Assembly (NCBI GenBank): GCA_937992055.1
Contig: CALKLQ010000041.1
Span: forward strand, 23,962-87,961
Length of the DNA stretch: 64,000 bases
Direction of reading: 5' to 3'
From: an uncultured Clostridia bacterium
Lineage (GTDB): Bacteria; Bacillota; Clostridia; Christensenellales; UBA1242
The notes below the pieces were generated by a model that was given only the letters and a program-made list of their open reading frames with translations, had not been told where the DNA came from and made no database searches. The stretch's first letter is position 1, and each line of letters opens with the position of its first letter. The position numbers and the translations under genes are program-made. Positions 1 through 11,324 of this stretch are shown piece after piece.

Positions 1-912
1 TCTTCAACTTTTGTTTTTGGTTCAAATTCTTTTTGAATAGCTGAAACAGCACTTTCAAAATCTTCTTTTTCAATAGCATAATGTTCGGTTGCACATTTTT
101 TTATTTCCTCAGACTTATTGTACTCATCAGTATGCATTTTTCTTTTAGAAGTTTTAATTGCCTTTTTGCCATCTTCACTTCCAAAGTTAAAATCTGCTAG
201 AGAAAAATCAATAGATTCGCCTTTACTTTCCGCTTCTTGCGCAGATACATAAGCTTCTGCTAAGATGTTGGTCAAGCTATTTTTAAAAACAATATCATTA
301 GTACTTCTCAAAAGAGCCATTCTATTTTCACCAGAGAAAACTTCAACTACTCTAGGATAATTTGAATCATCAGATTTTTGTTTTAATGATTCTTTAAAAG
401 CGTTTTGGGCATATTCACTATTACAATATATTGTGTTACTATTGAATTCGACATTATAACCGCCAACTTTTTTTGTTTCAACATAGCTATATTTTGTAGT
501 TTTAACCGGTAAAATATCATCTAACTTATTTTCATATTTAACAACTTTTTCTTGTTTCTCATTAAGTTCAGCCAATTTCATTTTAGCATTGTATTTTTGA
601 CGTTTTCTTTCATTTTTGTTAAGTCTTTTGTTAGAAAAGGTTTTACTATTAATTTCTGTAGATTCAGGTGTCATAAAGCCCATTTTTGCACAATGCAATC
701 TGTTTTTATATAACTTTTTAAGCATTTTTTTTACCGCATTTGGGTTTTGTGATTTTTCTTTAGACATCTTTCTAGCTAATCTTTCTTTTTTTGCGTTTCT
801 TGCTCTTGTTAAAGGATTAACAGCGCCGTATTTTGTAACAACTCCAACAACGGTTCCAACTACAGCAACCGTTCCTAAGCAAACTAAAATAGTTATAATA
901 GGTGTAATCATA
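1..912 (-). CDS. hypothetical membrane-anchored protein, C-terminus cut by window edge
   Basis: Not in the ORF track because it runs off the window. Minus-strand ATG at 912-910 follows GGAGG. It reads MITPIITILVCLGTVAVVGTVVGVV... (N-terminal TM helix) and stays open to position 1. The + ORF 616..1017 is its antisense shadow. Confidence 0.55.
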
Positions 913-1274
913 TTTAAACCTCCAACTCTTATTTATATAAGATTATATCACTTTTGCATTTTTTGTCAATACCTACTATTAGATTTTTTTGTCGTGAAAA
1001 ACAAATTAAATTTATAAAGCCATAGCATTAAATTTTGTTACTTTGAATTTAAGAATAATATTTCAATCATGTAATTAATAAACTAAATTTACATTATCAT
1101 AAGTTTTATTTGAAAGCACTTTTGGCATTTTCAATCAAACCGTTGTTTACTTAAATGTGACGCCTTGTAAAGCAAGAGGTTTTTGAAATAAACAAGATTT
1201 GCGAATAAACAGCAAAGCATCATCACATAGTTTTTTTATTTTTCAGTTCTATCTTAAGCAACAAGTAAAGCTAA

Positions 1275-1604
1275 TTAAAATTTTTTATAATCTTTATAAA
1301 GTCTTTCTAAATTATATTTTTCCCTTTCCTTAGTTATTAAAATATGTAATATTAAGTCTTTTAAATCTATTACAATCCAGCTTCCCTTGTTTAGCCCCTC
1401 TAAATTACAAAGTTGAATATTCAAATCGTTTAGCAAATTCAAAATTTCATTGCAAGCATTTTTGCAATCGTCATGATTTTCGAAAGAAGACAAAACAATA
1501 TATTTAGCTAAATTATTTTTTCCTTGGGTATCAAAAGTGCAAATATTTTTTGCATTTAAGCTATTCAATTTTTCTATTATTTTTTCTAGGCTTTCTTGTA
1601 ACAT
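1275..1604 (-). CDS. rsfS: ribosomal silencing factor RsfS (iojap-like)
   Basis: 109 aa. C-terminal block EGLNKGSWIVIDLKDLILHILITKEREKYNLERLY matches the RsfS signature (W-x-l-l-D-x-g-D-v-v-v-H...R-x-Y-Y-x-L-E-x-L). Confidence 0.8.
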   Translation of the reverse strand: MLQESLEKIIEKLNSLNAKNICTFDTQGKNNLAKYIVLSSFENHDDCKNACNEILNLLNDLNIQLCNLEGLNKGSWIVIDLKDLILHILITKEREKYNLERLYKDYKKF

Positions 1605-1742
1605 ATCCGCTCCTGAGTTATGTATATACTATATTAATATGTGTAAATTGTCAAATTAAATATAATAAACAAAAATACAATTTAATTTATTCATTTGACA
1701 GTTTTGTTTTAAACTTTTACACTTAATTATTAGGAGTGAAAA

Positions 1743-4700
1743 ATGAAAAAATTTATAAATGTCGATGGTAATACGGCAGCAGCTAACATTGCATATTATT
1801 TTAGCGAAGTCGCAGCCATTTATCCTATTACCCCCTCATCTAACATGGCAGAACTATGTGATGAATGGGCAAGCACGGGCAAAAAAAACTATTTTGACAT
1901 GCCAGTTAGAGTTGAACAGATGCAATCGGAAGCCGGAGCTGCTGGAGCGGTGCATGGAAGCTTGACTGCTGGAGCACTAACTACCACTTTTACCGCCAGT
2001 CAAGGATTACTACTCATGATTCCAAACATGTATAAAATTGCGGGTGAACTTTTACCTTGCGTATTCCATGTTTCAGCAAGAGCAATTGCCACACATGCGT
2101 TGTCTATTTTTGGCGACCACTCTGATGTAATGGCTTGTAGAATGACTGGATTTAATATGTTAGCCTCCTCAAGTGTTCAAGAAGCTCAAGATTTAGCCGT
2201 TATTGCTCATATCGCTTCAATAAAAGCTTCTCTACCCTTTATTCATTTTTTTGATGGTTTTAGAACCTCACATGAAATTCAAAAAATTCAAGCAATAGAT
2301 GAAAATATACTAAATGAATTAATGCCTGTCGAAGAGGTTAATAAATTTAAAAGCCACGCCTTGACACCTGTTAATCCATGTCAACGTGGCACTGCTCAAA
2401 ATCCTGATATATTTTTCCAAAATCGTGAAGCCTGCAATAAATTTTATAACAACACCTATGATATTGTTGACTCATCTATGAAACAGTTTGCACAAAAAAC
2501 TGGAAGAGTTTATCATCCTTTTGACTATTACGGACCAAGTTCGCCTAAAAACCTTATTGTTATTATGGGAAGTGGCGCTCAAACTGTTATTGATGTTGTA
2601 AATCATGAAAATGATCTAGGTGTAATTGTCGTAAGGCTATATCGCCCATTTAACTCAAAAGCTTTTGTTAAACTTATCCCTAATTCTGTCAAATGTGTAA
2701 CCGTGCTAGATAGAACAAAAGAAAGTGGCGCTTCCTTTGAACCACTTTGCCAAGATGTCATTTCTGCACTTAGTGAATATAGTTTACAAATTAAAGTTCT
2801 TGGCGGAAGATATGGTCTTGGAAGCAAGGAATTTACCCCTAAATGTGTCAAAGCAGTTTTAAATAACATGCAAAAAGCCTGTAAAAATCATTTTACTGTA
2901 GGAATAAATGATGATGTCACAAACACCTCTCTTGAAATTGAGGAAGATTATGAAATCACACATTCATACAAACAATTGAAATTTTTTGGACTTGGCGGAG
3001 ATGGAACTGTTAGCGCAAATAAAAATGCTATCAAAATTATTGGTGAAAATTCTGACAACTTCACCCAAGGATATTTTGAATATGATTCAAAAAAATCTGG
3101 AAGCTTAACTATTTCACACCTGCGCCTAAGCCCAAATGAAATCAGAGCTCCATATCTTGTTAGCCAAGCAGACTTTATAGCGATACACAATTTTAATTTT
3201 GTTGCAAGATATAGAATTCTTGAAGATTTAAAAAACAATGGTATTGTTTTATTAAACACATCATTAAAAAAAGAGGAACTTTCCTCTCACCTTCCTTTAA
3301 ACTTTAAAAAAGCTCTTCTTGATAAAAATGCAACACTCTATATTATTGACGCACAAGAAAAGGCTCAACAAATAGGCTTAGGTAATAAAATAAACACTAT
3401 AATGCAATCCGCATTTTTTAAAGTTTCAAAGGTTATAGACTATAACCTCGCAAAACAGGCTCTTAAAATGGCGGCGGAAAAGACTTATGGTAAAAAAGGC
3501 GAAAAAGTTGTTAAAATGAATTTTGATGCGATTGAACTTGGAGAGCAAGTTCAATACGTAAGTCTAGATTTAATAAGATTGGAAGAAAATTTAAGCTTCG
3601 ACAAGCAAACTGAAGATGAATATTTTAGAAAATTCATTCAACCAGTAAACAGATTGGAAGGAAATTCTTTAAAAGTGTCAGAATTCTCTCCAGACGGTAC
3701 CGTACCAACCGGAACAACAAAGTTTGAAAAACGTGGAATTGCTGATAAATGCCCTAATTGGCTTAGTGAAAATTGCATTCAATGTGGATTTTGCACTTTG
3801 GTTTGTCCTCATGCAGCACTTAGAAGCAAATTAATTGATAAACAACAATTAAAAGATGCGCCCGAACATTTCCAAAGCGTCAATGCTATTGGAGAAAACA
3901 ATTTGAATTTTTGTTTGCAGCTTAGCCCTCTTGATTGCACTGGATGTGGAGTTTGTGCCCAAGTATGTCCAGCAAAAAATAAAGCATTGGTTATGCAACC
4001 CGCCTCAACTATTTATGAAAAAGAAAAAGATAATTTTAATTACTTTAAAGATTTAACTTCGCAAAATTCAAAATTTAATGCAGAAACGGTAAAAGGTCTA
4101 CAATACAAAAAACCTTACTTTGAGTATAATTATGCTTGTGCTGGTTGTGGTGAAACACCTTATATAAAAATTGCCACCCAACTATTTGGAAATAATATGA
4201 TAATTGCAAATGCAACTGGATGTTCAAGCATATATGGTGGCTCTGCCCCAGCTTGTCCTTACACTAAAGACGAAAATGGCTTTGGTCCAAGTTGGGCAAA
4301 TAGTCTTTTTGAAGATAATGCAGAATTTGGGATGGGTATAAAATTTGCTTTAGAAACTCAAAAAGCAAAGCTCATCAATTTAACAAACGAACTTTTAAAT
4401 AAAAATATCAATAGTGAGTTAAAAGGCCTACTTCTCAAATTTGTCGAGTTCCCAAATAAATTAAATACGAGTGAATGTGAAAAGATTATAAGCTTATTGC
4501 AAAACGAAAATGATTGTGAATTAAAAAATCTAATACTTCAAAGAAAAGATGATTTTTATAAAAAAAGTGTTTGGATTATTGGTGGTGATGGTTGGGCTTA
4601 TGACATTGGATATGGCGGACTAGATCACCTACTCAATTCTAATATCGATGTAAACATTTTAGTTCTTGACAGTGAGGTTTATTCAAATACTGGCGGTCAA

Positions 4701-5195
4701 AGTTCAAAGAGCACACCAAGAGGAAGTTTTGCAAAATTTGCCTTTGGTGGAAAAAAGACTAAGAAAAAAGATTTAGGACTTGTTGCAATTTCAAATAAAA
4801 ATTGCTATGTTGCAAGCATAGGTCTTGGTGCAAATATGCAACAAACAATAACAGCTATGAAAGAAGCTGAAAGTTTTGATGGACCAAGTTTAATAATTGC
4901 TTATTCTCCCTGCGTGAATCATGGATTTAATATGGCGAACTCTCAATTAGAAATAAAAAGAGCTGTTGCAAGTGGATATTGGAATCTTTATAGATTTAAT
5001 CCTATTACAAACAAGTTGACAATAGACAGTCCAAAACCAAGCATGTCATACGAGGAATTTTTAATGGGCGAAACAAGATACTCCGCACTAGCAAAAAAAG
5101 CGCCTGAAAAAGCTAAAGAGCTTTTTGAACAGGCTAATACGGATGCTCAATTGCGTTATCAAACTCTAATAGAGTTGTCAAATAAGCAAGATTAA
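1743..5195 (+). CDS. nifJ: pyruvate:ferredoxin (flavodoxin) oxidoreductase, single-chain PFOR
   Basis: 1150 aa. Two 4Fe-4S ferredoxin motifs (CIQCGFCTLVCPH, CTGCGVCAQVCPA) and a TPP-binding GGDGWAYDIGYGGLDH block. Length and domain order are typical of NifJ-type PFOR. AGGAG RBS upstream. Confidence 0.95.
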   Translation: MKKFINVDGNTAAANIAYYFSEVAAIYPITPSSNMAELCDEWASTGKKNYFDMPVRVEQMQSEAGAAGAVHGSLTAGALTTTFTASQGLLLMIPNMYKIAGELLPCVFHVSARAIATHALSIFGDHSDVMACRMTGFNMLASSSVQEAQDLAVIAHIASIKASLPFIHFFDGFRTSHEIQKIQAIDENILNELMPVEEVNKFKSHALTPVNPCQRGTAQNPDIFFQNREACNKFYNNTYDIVDSSMKQFAQKTGRVYHPFDYYGPSSPKNLIVIMGSGAQTVIDVVNHENDLGVIVVRLYRPFNSKAFVKLIPNSVKCVTVLDRTKESGASFEPLCQDVISALSEYSLQIKVLGGRYGLGSKEFTPKCVKAVLNNMQKACKNHFTVGINDDVTNTSLEIEEDYEITHSYKQLKFFGLGGDGTVSANKNAIKIIGENSDNFTQGYFEYDSKKSGSLTISHLRLSPNEIRAPYLVSQADFIAIHNFNFVARYRILEDLKNNGIVLLNTSLKKEELSSHLPLNFKKALLDKNATLYIIDAQEKAQQIGLGNKINTIMQSAFFKVSKVIDYNLAKQALKMAAEKTYGKKGEKVVKMNFDAIELGEQVQYVSLDLIRLEENLSFDKQTEDEYFRKFIQPVNRLEGNSLKVSEFSPDGTVPTGTTKFEKRGIADKCPNWLSENCIQCGFCTLVCPHAALRSKLIDKQQLKDAPEHFQSVNAIGENNLNFCLQLSPLDCTGCGVCAQVCPAKNKALVMQPASTIYEKEKDNFNYFKDLTSQNSKFNAETVKGLQYKKPYFEYNYACAGCGETPYIKIATQLFGNNMIIANATGCSSIYGGSAPACPYTKDENGFGPSWANSLFEDNAEFGMGIKFALETQKAKLINLTNELLNKNINSELKGLLLKFVEFPNKLNTSECEKIISLLQNENDCELKNLILQRKDDFYKKSVWIIGGDGWAYDIGYGGLDHLLNSNIDVNILVLDSEVYSNTGGQSSKSTPRGSFAKFAFGGKKTKKKDLGLVAISNKNCYVASIGLGANMQQTITAMKEAESFDGPSLIIAYSPCVNHGFNMANSQLEIKRAVASGYWNLYRFNPITNKLTIDSPKPSMSYEEFLMGETRYSALAKKAPEKAKELFEQANTDAQLRYQTLIELSNKQD

Positions 5196-5384
5196 TTTAA
5201 ATTGTTTTTAAATTATAGTAAGGTGCATGAGTTTCACTCACATTCATAATTGCTATTGAAATAAACTCAATAACTCAAGCATCAGTTTGAATTAACTTCT
5301 ATTTTTGCCAAATAGCCTCAAAACCTTCAAACCAACTTTTATAAATATTTTTCTTAAAAAGTTATTTAATTTCCAATTTATTTA

Positions 5385-6254
5385 TTATAAAACGTTTTCA
5401 GATATTTTTTTATTAAATTTTGGATTAATAAATGAAATTAAAGATAAAATTAAAAGCAATGTTGAAAAAATAATATAATAAATATTATATTTAACTAAAA
5501 AACTTGAAAAAAGCATTATACAAGAGGCTAAAAAATAGCCTTTTGTTCTTTTTTTATTTAACGAATAAGCCAATAAATCTTTTATAGAATTTTTTTGTGA
5601 CGTTTTTAATTCTATTATTTTTTCAGGATAAAAATCATAAACTTTTAATAATTTTAAATAAGTTTGCTCACAATTTAAAATCAATATATTCAAGCTTATT
5701 TTATCTGCAAATTTATTTACAGTCCCATCATATTCATTTGTGCAAATTACAAGTTTTGTACAACCTATATTTTTAATTTTATTAATACAAAAAATCAAAT
5801 CATCTATTGCAAATTTTCTATAAGTATAGAATGGAAACAAAACTATTTTCTCGCCATTGTCATGTTCAATTAAAATGTACTCTTTTTTCTTAGTTGCTTC
5901 ATGTTTAGATTTTGCAAGTTTATAGTAAAAATCCAAAGTTTGTTTTTCCTCACCAAACAAAAAAGAATTTCTGCAATCTTCAATTTTCTCAAGTTCTTTT
6001 TTCTTCAAAGATAACGAAGTTTGATGTTTTGTGGAAAGCAACTTAATAAAAATATCTATCATTATAGTGGCAAGAGCTGAAACAAAAATAGCTAGATATA
6101 ACGAATCAATATAATATCTCGCCCAAATAAAACTAATTAAAAAAATTAAAGATATTCTAAACAACATTGAAAAAACAGTTGAAATAGAAAATTTCATAGT
6201 GTCAATTTTACCTCTTTGAAATAAATTATTGACACTATGAATTTTTTTAATCAC
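5385..6254 (-). CDS. hypothetical multi-pass membrane protein
   Basis: 289 aa. Hydrophobic helices at both ends flank a ~150 aa soluble middle domain. No family recognised. The start may be the internal MKFSIST. Confidence 0.45.
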   Translation of the reverse strand: MIKKIHSVNNLFQRGKIDTMKFSISTVFSMLFRISLIFLISFIWARYYIDSLYLAIFVSALATIMIDIFIKLLSTKHQTSLSLKKKELEKIEDCRNSFLFGEEKQTLDFYYKLAKSKHEATKKKEYILIEHDNGEKIVLFPFYTYRKFAIDDLIFCINKIKNIGCTKLVICTNEYDGTVNKFADKISLNILILNCEQTYLKLLKVYDFYPEKIIELKTSQKNSIKDLLAYSLNKKRTKGYFLASCIMLFSSFLVKYNIYYIIFSTLLLILSLISFINPKFNKKISENVL

Positions 6255-6259
6255 TAAAA

Positions 6260-7576
<1,317 letters not shown>

Positions 7577-8302
7577 TTAATTATTTTTTAATTGACTATA
7601 AGTTTCTTTGGTGCCAATATCATAATATTTTTCTTGAGCTATAAAAACCTTTACTTTGCTCCTTTTATATAACCAATTAACAAAATTACCTGGTGCATCC
7701 ATATTATTGTTTTCATTTTTATACTTATAAAACAATGGCAAGGTATCTTTTTTAAAAATATAAGTTGCGTAAACAACAATATCAGACTTTGGCTCCTGAG
7801 GTTTTTCTTCCATATCAATAATAATATTATCTTTATCTAATTGAGCAACACCAAAACGTTTTATTTCTTCTTTATCTAAAAATTTTTGCCCCATGATAAC
7901 ATCTAAATTTACGCCTTTAAACAACTTTATAAAACCATCTAGCTCAAAATTAAAATAACTATCGGTAGCAGTAATTAACAAATCATCATCTATATTAAAG
8001 TTTTCAATAGAAAAAATTATATCTCCAATCGCGCCTAGTCTATTTTCATTACTTGTTGTACCATCACTTTTTATAAAAACATTTAAACGTCCCTTATAGT
8101 TTTGTCGCCATTCGACGAATTTTTTAAAATATTTTTCATTCGTTATCAAATAAATATCTGTTAAATCATTAACCTTTTCTAATTTTTCTATCAAGTAATC
8201 TAATAAAGGCTTATTAGAAATTTCCAAAAGCGCTTTCGGAGTGTCTTTTGCAAGTTCGCCAAGGCGTCTAGCATATCCAGCGGCAAGTAACAATGCTTTC
8301 AT
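7577..8302 (-). CDS. sugar-phosphate nucleotidyltransferase family protein
   Basis: 241 aa. N-terminal MKALLLAAGYARRLGELAKDTPKALLEI resembles the NTP_transferase fold signature. Substrate unknown. Confidence 0.65.
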   Translation of the reverse strand: MKALLLAAGYARRLGELAKDTPKALLEISNKPLLDYLIEKLEKVNDLTDIYLITNEKYFKKFVEWRQNYKGRLNVFIKSDGTTSNENRLGAIGDIIFSIENFNIDDDLLITATDSYFNFELDGFIKLFKGVNLDVIMGQKFLDKEEIKRFGVAQLDKDNIIIDMEEKPQEPKSDIVVYATYIFKKDTLPLFYKYKNENNNMDAPGNFVNWLYKRSKVKVFIAQEKYYDIGTKETYSQLKNN

Positions 8303-8350
8303 ATTTTCTCCTTAAATGTTAAGATTTGTTTTTATTTGTAATTTGTAATT

Positions 8351-9634
8351 TTATTTTGCTTTTGATTGTTTTTTTGACTTTAAAGTTTTATCGTTTTTCT
8401 TAATTTTCTCGTTTTTTTCAATCTGTTTTTTTACTTCTTTTATTCCACGCATTATTTCTCTGTTACTTATTTTTTCTAAAATAGTTAAAATGGAATAATC
8501 TGCATATGAATCTTTTATCATAAAATCGCAAATATCTCTTAAAGCATTTGGTTTTCTTAAATTATCAATATTCTTCTGTTTTTCTTCCAAAAGTTTTGGA
8601 TTTAAAATAATTTCATCAATTATTTTATTTAGCTTATGTTTTGAATCAATTACAAAACAAGCATTTTTATCAGATAAAAATTTTAAGTTTGCGAGTTCTT
8701 GCTCCGCTAATTTACTAATACTTATTAAAGGTAATTTTGCGCATAAGCTCTCAGTTGTAGAGATACCACCGCATTTACCTACCATGCAATCGCTTGCACA
8801 CATGTATTCTTCTATGTTTGTTGTAAAGCCTAAATTGATTATTTTATGTTTTGACTTGGAAAGCTTGATAATATTGGAAATATTTTTCTTGCTATTTTTA
8901 TATTTACCATTAATAACTATAATTTGGATAGGCGTTTTTACTTTTAGAAGTGACTTAAATAAATTTGTGATTCCCCCAAAGCCTCCTCCACCCGTCATTA
9001 ACATTACCGTAAACATATCGTTGTCAAGAGTTAGTTTTTCTCGACATTCATTTTTGTTCCTAACAATCGAAAACTTTTCCTTGACAGGTAAACCAAAACA
9101 AAATATTTGTTCTTTTTTAAAGCCTTTATTTATCAATATGTCCTCAACCTCTTCACAAGGCGTAAAAATATAGTCTATACCAGTGGTAGCCTCCCAAAAT
9201 GGATGAACACAATAATCTGTTAAAATTGCACCAATTTTAACATTAAGCGGATAGAGTTTTCTAATATTAGTTAAAATAATAGCACCATAAAAATGTGTAC
9301 AAACAATTAAATCTGGCTTAAAATCAATAATAGCTTTTAAAATATAAGGGGTTTCTCTTTCAATAGTTTTTTGAGCTGGAACAGTATCTTTTTTTAAAGG
9401 ATCTCTTTTTAATAACATTTTATATATCATGTTATAAATCCCAAGAGCATATTTGCAAGCCGCACGATAACCATCGTCAATAAAAAAAACTTTTGTTTTA
9501 CTGCTGTATTCTTTAAAAATATCTAAAATTTTAACTTTAACATCACCATACGACTCAAACTTTGACTTAAGAGAATTTGCAACTGAATTGTGTCCTTCCC
9601 CAGCTGTAACAGTTAATATTAAAACTTTTTTCAT
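8351..9634 (-). CDS. GT28 diacylglycerol glycosyltransferase (MGDG synthase/UgtP-like), paralog 1
   Basis: 427 aa. N-terminal ILTVTAGEGHNSVANSLK and C-terminal GKCGGISTTESLCAKLPLI are typical of UgtP/MGDG-synthase-type lipid glycosyltransferases. Lys-rich tail. Confidence 0.75.
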   Translation of the reverse strand: MKKVLILTVTAGEGHNSVANSLKSKFESYGDVKVKILDIFKEYSSKTKVFFIDDGYRAACKYALGIYNMIYKMLLKRDPLKKDTVPAQKTIERETPYILKAIIDFKPDLIVCTHFYGAIILTNIRKLYPLNVKIGAILTDYCVHPFWEATTGIDYIFTPCEEVEDILINKGFKKEQIFCFGLPVKEKFSIVRNKNECREKLTLDNDMFTVMLMTGGGGFGGITNLFKSLLKVKTPIQIIVINGKYKNSKKNISNIIKLSKSKHKIINLGFTTNIEEYMCASDCMVGKCGGISTTESLCAKLPLISISKLAEQELANLKFLSDKNACFVIDSKHKLNKIIDEIILNPKLLEEKQKNIDNLRKPNALRDICDFMIKDSYADYSILTILEKISNREIMRGIKEVKKQIEKNEKIKKNDKTLKSKKQSKAK

Positions 9635-9636
9635 AA

Positions 9637-10770
9637 TTACTCTCCAAATGTGTTGTTTTCAATTACAAAATCACAAATTTTTTTACAAGAATCCAAATTT
9701 TTTAATTTTTCACAATTTTGTTTCATTTGTTCCAAAGATTGTCTGTTTTCAAACAAATATTTTATAACGTCTTTTAATTCGTTTAATTTTTTTAATCTTA
9801 TTGCTATCTGTTCTTTTACCAAAATTTCGGCATTTTCAATTTCATTCATTTTAATATTTTCACGTACAATAATTGGAAGATTCATACAAATTGCTTCTGT
9901 AATTGTAACACAACCCGCCCTTCCTACAATTAAATCACTTGCAGTCATTAATTCATCAACATTATTTACAAATCCAAAATTATAAATATTGTCAAGCTTT
10001 TTCTTTTTTATTAAATCATCTATTTTCTTTTTACTCTTCTCATTTCTACCATTTAAGTTAATTATTCCAATATTTAATTTTGTTTTTAGAATTTTTTTAA
10101 CAACTTTGTCATTATTCCCTATTCCATATCCGCCACTTGCAACCATAATAACAAACTCTTGCTTAATATTTAGTTTTTTCTTAATTGCATTTTTTTCTAA
10201 TTTGCAATAGAATTTATCATTGATTGGCAAGCCAGTTTCTATAAGTTGTTCTTTTTTAAAACCCTTTTCAATCAATTGAGGAATTGATTTGTTAGAAGGA
10301 ATAAACACATAGTCTATATCTACGCTAGATTCCCAATAAGGATGAGGATAAAAATCGGTTAAAATTGAATATAAAGAAATGTTTTTATCTATTCTTCCAA
10401 AATGTCTCAATTTTGAAACAATGCCACTAGCATAATTATGGGTACAAATAATAGCATCAGGTTTATAAAATTTTATTTCGCTTTCAATATCATCAATAAC
10501 GTGGTCTATGTCGTTATTAAAAATACCTTTTTCATATCTCAAATTTGGGTCACGCTTTTTTTGTTTACGCCATATCATTTGATAAATATTTGGAATATGT
10601 TTAAGCGCCCAAAGAAATGCATCATTGTTGAATTTTTGACGTTTTTTATCGCTTCTATAAATATCAACAATTTTGCATTCAACATCGCGACTCTCCAAAT
10701 AATTTTTAACAGATTTTGCAATACTATTGTGCCCTTCACCGCAAGTCATAGAAAGTAAAAGAATTTTCAT
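9637..10770 (-). CDS. GT28 diacylglycerol glycosyltransferase (MGDG synthase/UgtP-like), paralog 2
   Basis: 377 aa. LLSMTCGEGHNSIAKSVK and GRAGCVTITEAICMNLPIIV. Tandem paralog of 8351..9634 with a 2-nt gap. Confidence 0.75.
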   Translation of the reverse strand: MKILLLSMTCGEGHNSIAKSVKNYLESRDVECKIVDIYRSDKKRQKFNNDAFLWALKHIPNIYQMIWRKQKKRDPNLRYEKGIFNNDIDHVIDDIESEIKFYKPDAIICTHNYASGIVSKLRHFGRIDKNISLYSILTDFYPHPYWESSVDIDYVFIPSNKSIPQLIEKGFKKEQLIETGLPINDKFYCKLEKNAIKKKLNIKQEFVIMVASGGYGIGNNDKVVKKILKTKLNIGIINLNGRNEKSKKKIDDLIKKKKLDNIYNFGFVNNVDELMTASDLIVGRAGCVTITEAICMNLPIIVRENIKMNEIENAEILVKEQIAIRLKKLNELKDVIKYLFENRQSLEQMKQNCEKLKNLDSCKKICDFVIENNTFGE

Positions 10771-11026
10771 ATTTCCTCATGTATTTAATAATTTTAAAGT
10801 AAGAACCAGTAAATTTTTTTATAATAAAAACTTTGCTAGTTTATTTAAATTTAAAAGTAATTTTACATTTTTTATAATATCATAAAAAGATAAAAATAAC
10901 AAACAAACATTCTACTTTCAAAATTAAAAATGTATATAAAAGTTTTTACGAGTTTTAAAGATAACCTTAAACAATTTACTTGACAAAGTAAACAAGTTAT
11001 AATAAACTATTATAGTTTAAATGTGC

Positions 11027-11065
11027 GGGCTGTTAGCTCAGTTGGTAGAGCAACTGACTCTTAAT
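11027..11065 (+). pseudogene. 5' half of a disrupted chromosomal tRNA-Lys(CUU); attL
   Basis: GGGCTGTTAGCTCAGTTGGTAGAGCAACTGACTCTTAAT ends in the anticodon loop and is followed by unrelated sequence. Joined to 23837..23873 it gives a perfect 76-nt cloverleaf ending in CCA. Confidence 0.9.
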
Positions 11066-11086
11066 AAGATAGCCAGCATTAAATGT

Positions 11087-11162
11087 GGGTCATTAGCTCA
11101 GTTGGCAGAGCACTTGACTCTTAATCAAGGTGTCCGGGGTTCGAGCCCCCGATGACCCACCA
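11087..11162 (+). tRNA. tRNA-Lys (anticodon CUU), element-borne complete copy
   Basis: 76 nt: acceptor GGGTCAT/ATGACCC, D arm TAGCTCAGTTGGCAGAGCA, anticodon arm CTTGA-CTCTTAA-TCAAG, T arm CGGGG-TTCGAGC-CCCCG, encoded CCA. The sequence differs from the disrupted host copy. Confidence 0.92.
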
Positions 11163-11165
11163 CTC

Positions 11166-11192
11166 AAACCCTTATAAAATAAGGGTTTTTTT
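11166..11192 (+). terminator. rho-independent terminator after the element tRNA-Lys
   Basis: AAACCCTTA-TAAAA-TAAGGGTTT followed by a T run. Confidence 0.75.
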
Positions 11193-11224
11193 AATGTGTT
11201 GCATAAAAAATTTTTTTGTTTTTT

Positions 11225-11324
11225 TGACCCTTATTTTACAACTTTTTACTAAAAAAAATTGCTAAAATTTAGACTTTTTTTCGACTACTTTTTTTCGACC
11301 TTTACAAGGGTCAAACAAGGGTCA
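11225..11324 (+). repeat. AAGGGTCA motif cluster (candidate integrase arm-type sites), attL side
   Basis: CAAGGGTCAAACAAGGGTCA at 11305-11324 overlaps the integrase stop codon. An inverted copy TGACCCTT lies at 11225-11232. The same 20-mer recurs at 23770-23789. Confidence 0.55.

Noticed and set aside
124-131. CTGATGAG on the minus strand inside the first CDS
   Set aside because: No GAAA element and no flanking helices. This is a chance heptamer in coding sequence. A similar GAAACTGATGA at about 48270 inside priA was rejected for the same reason.
616-1017. 133-aa + strand ORF from the track
   Set aside because: It lies antisense to a better-supported minus-strand gene (GGAGG RBS, TM helix, open to the window edge). 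Its composition is hydrophobic junk typical of a shadow frame.
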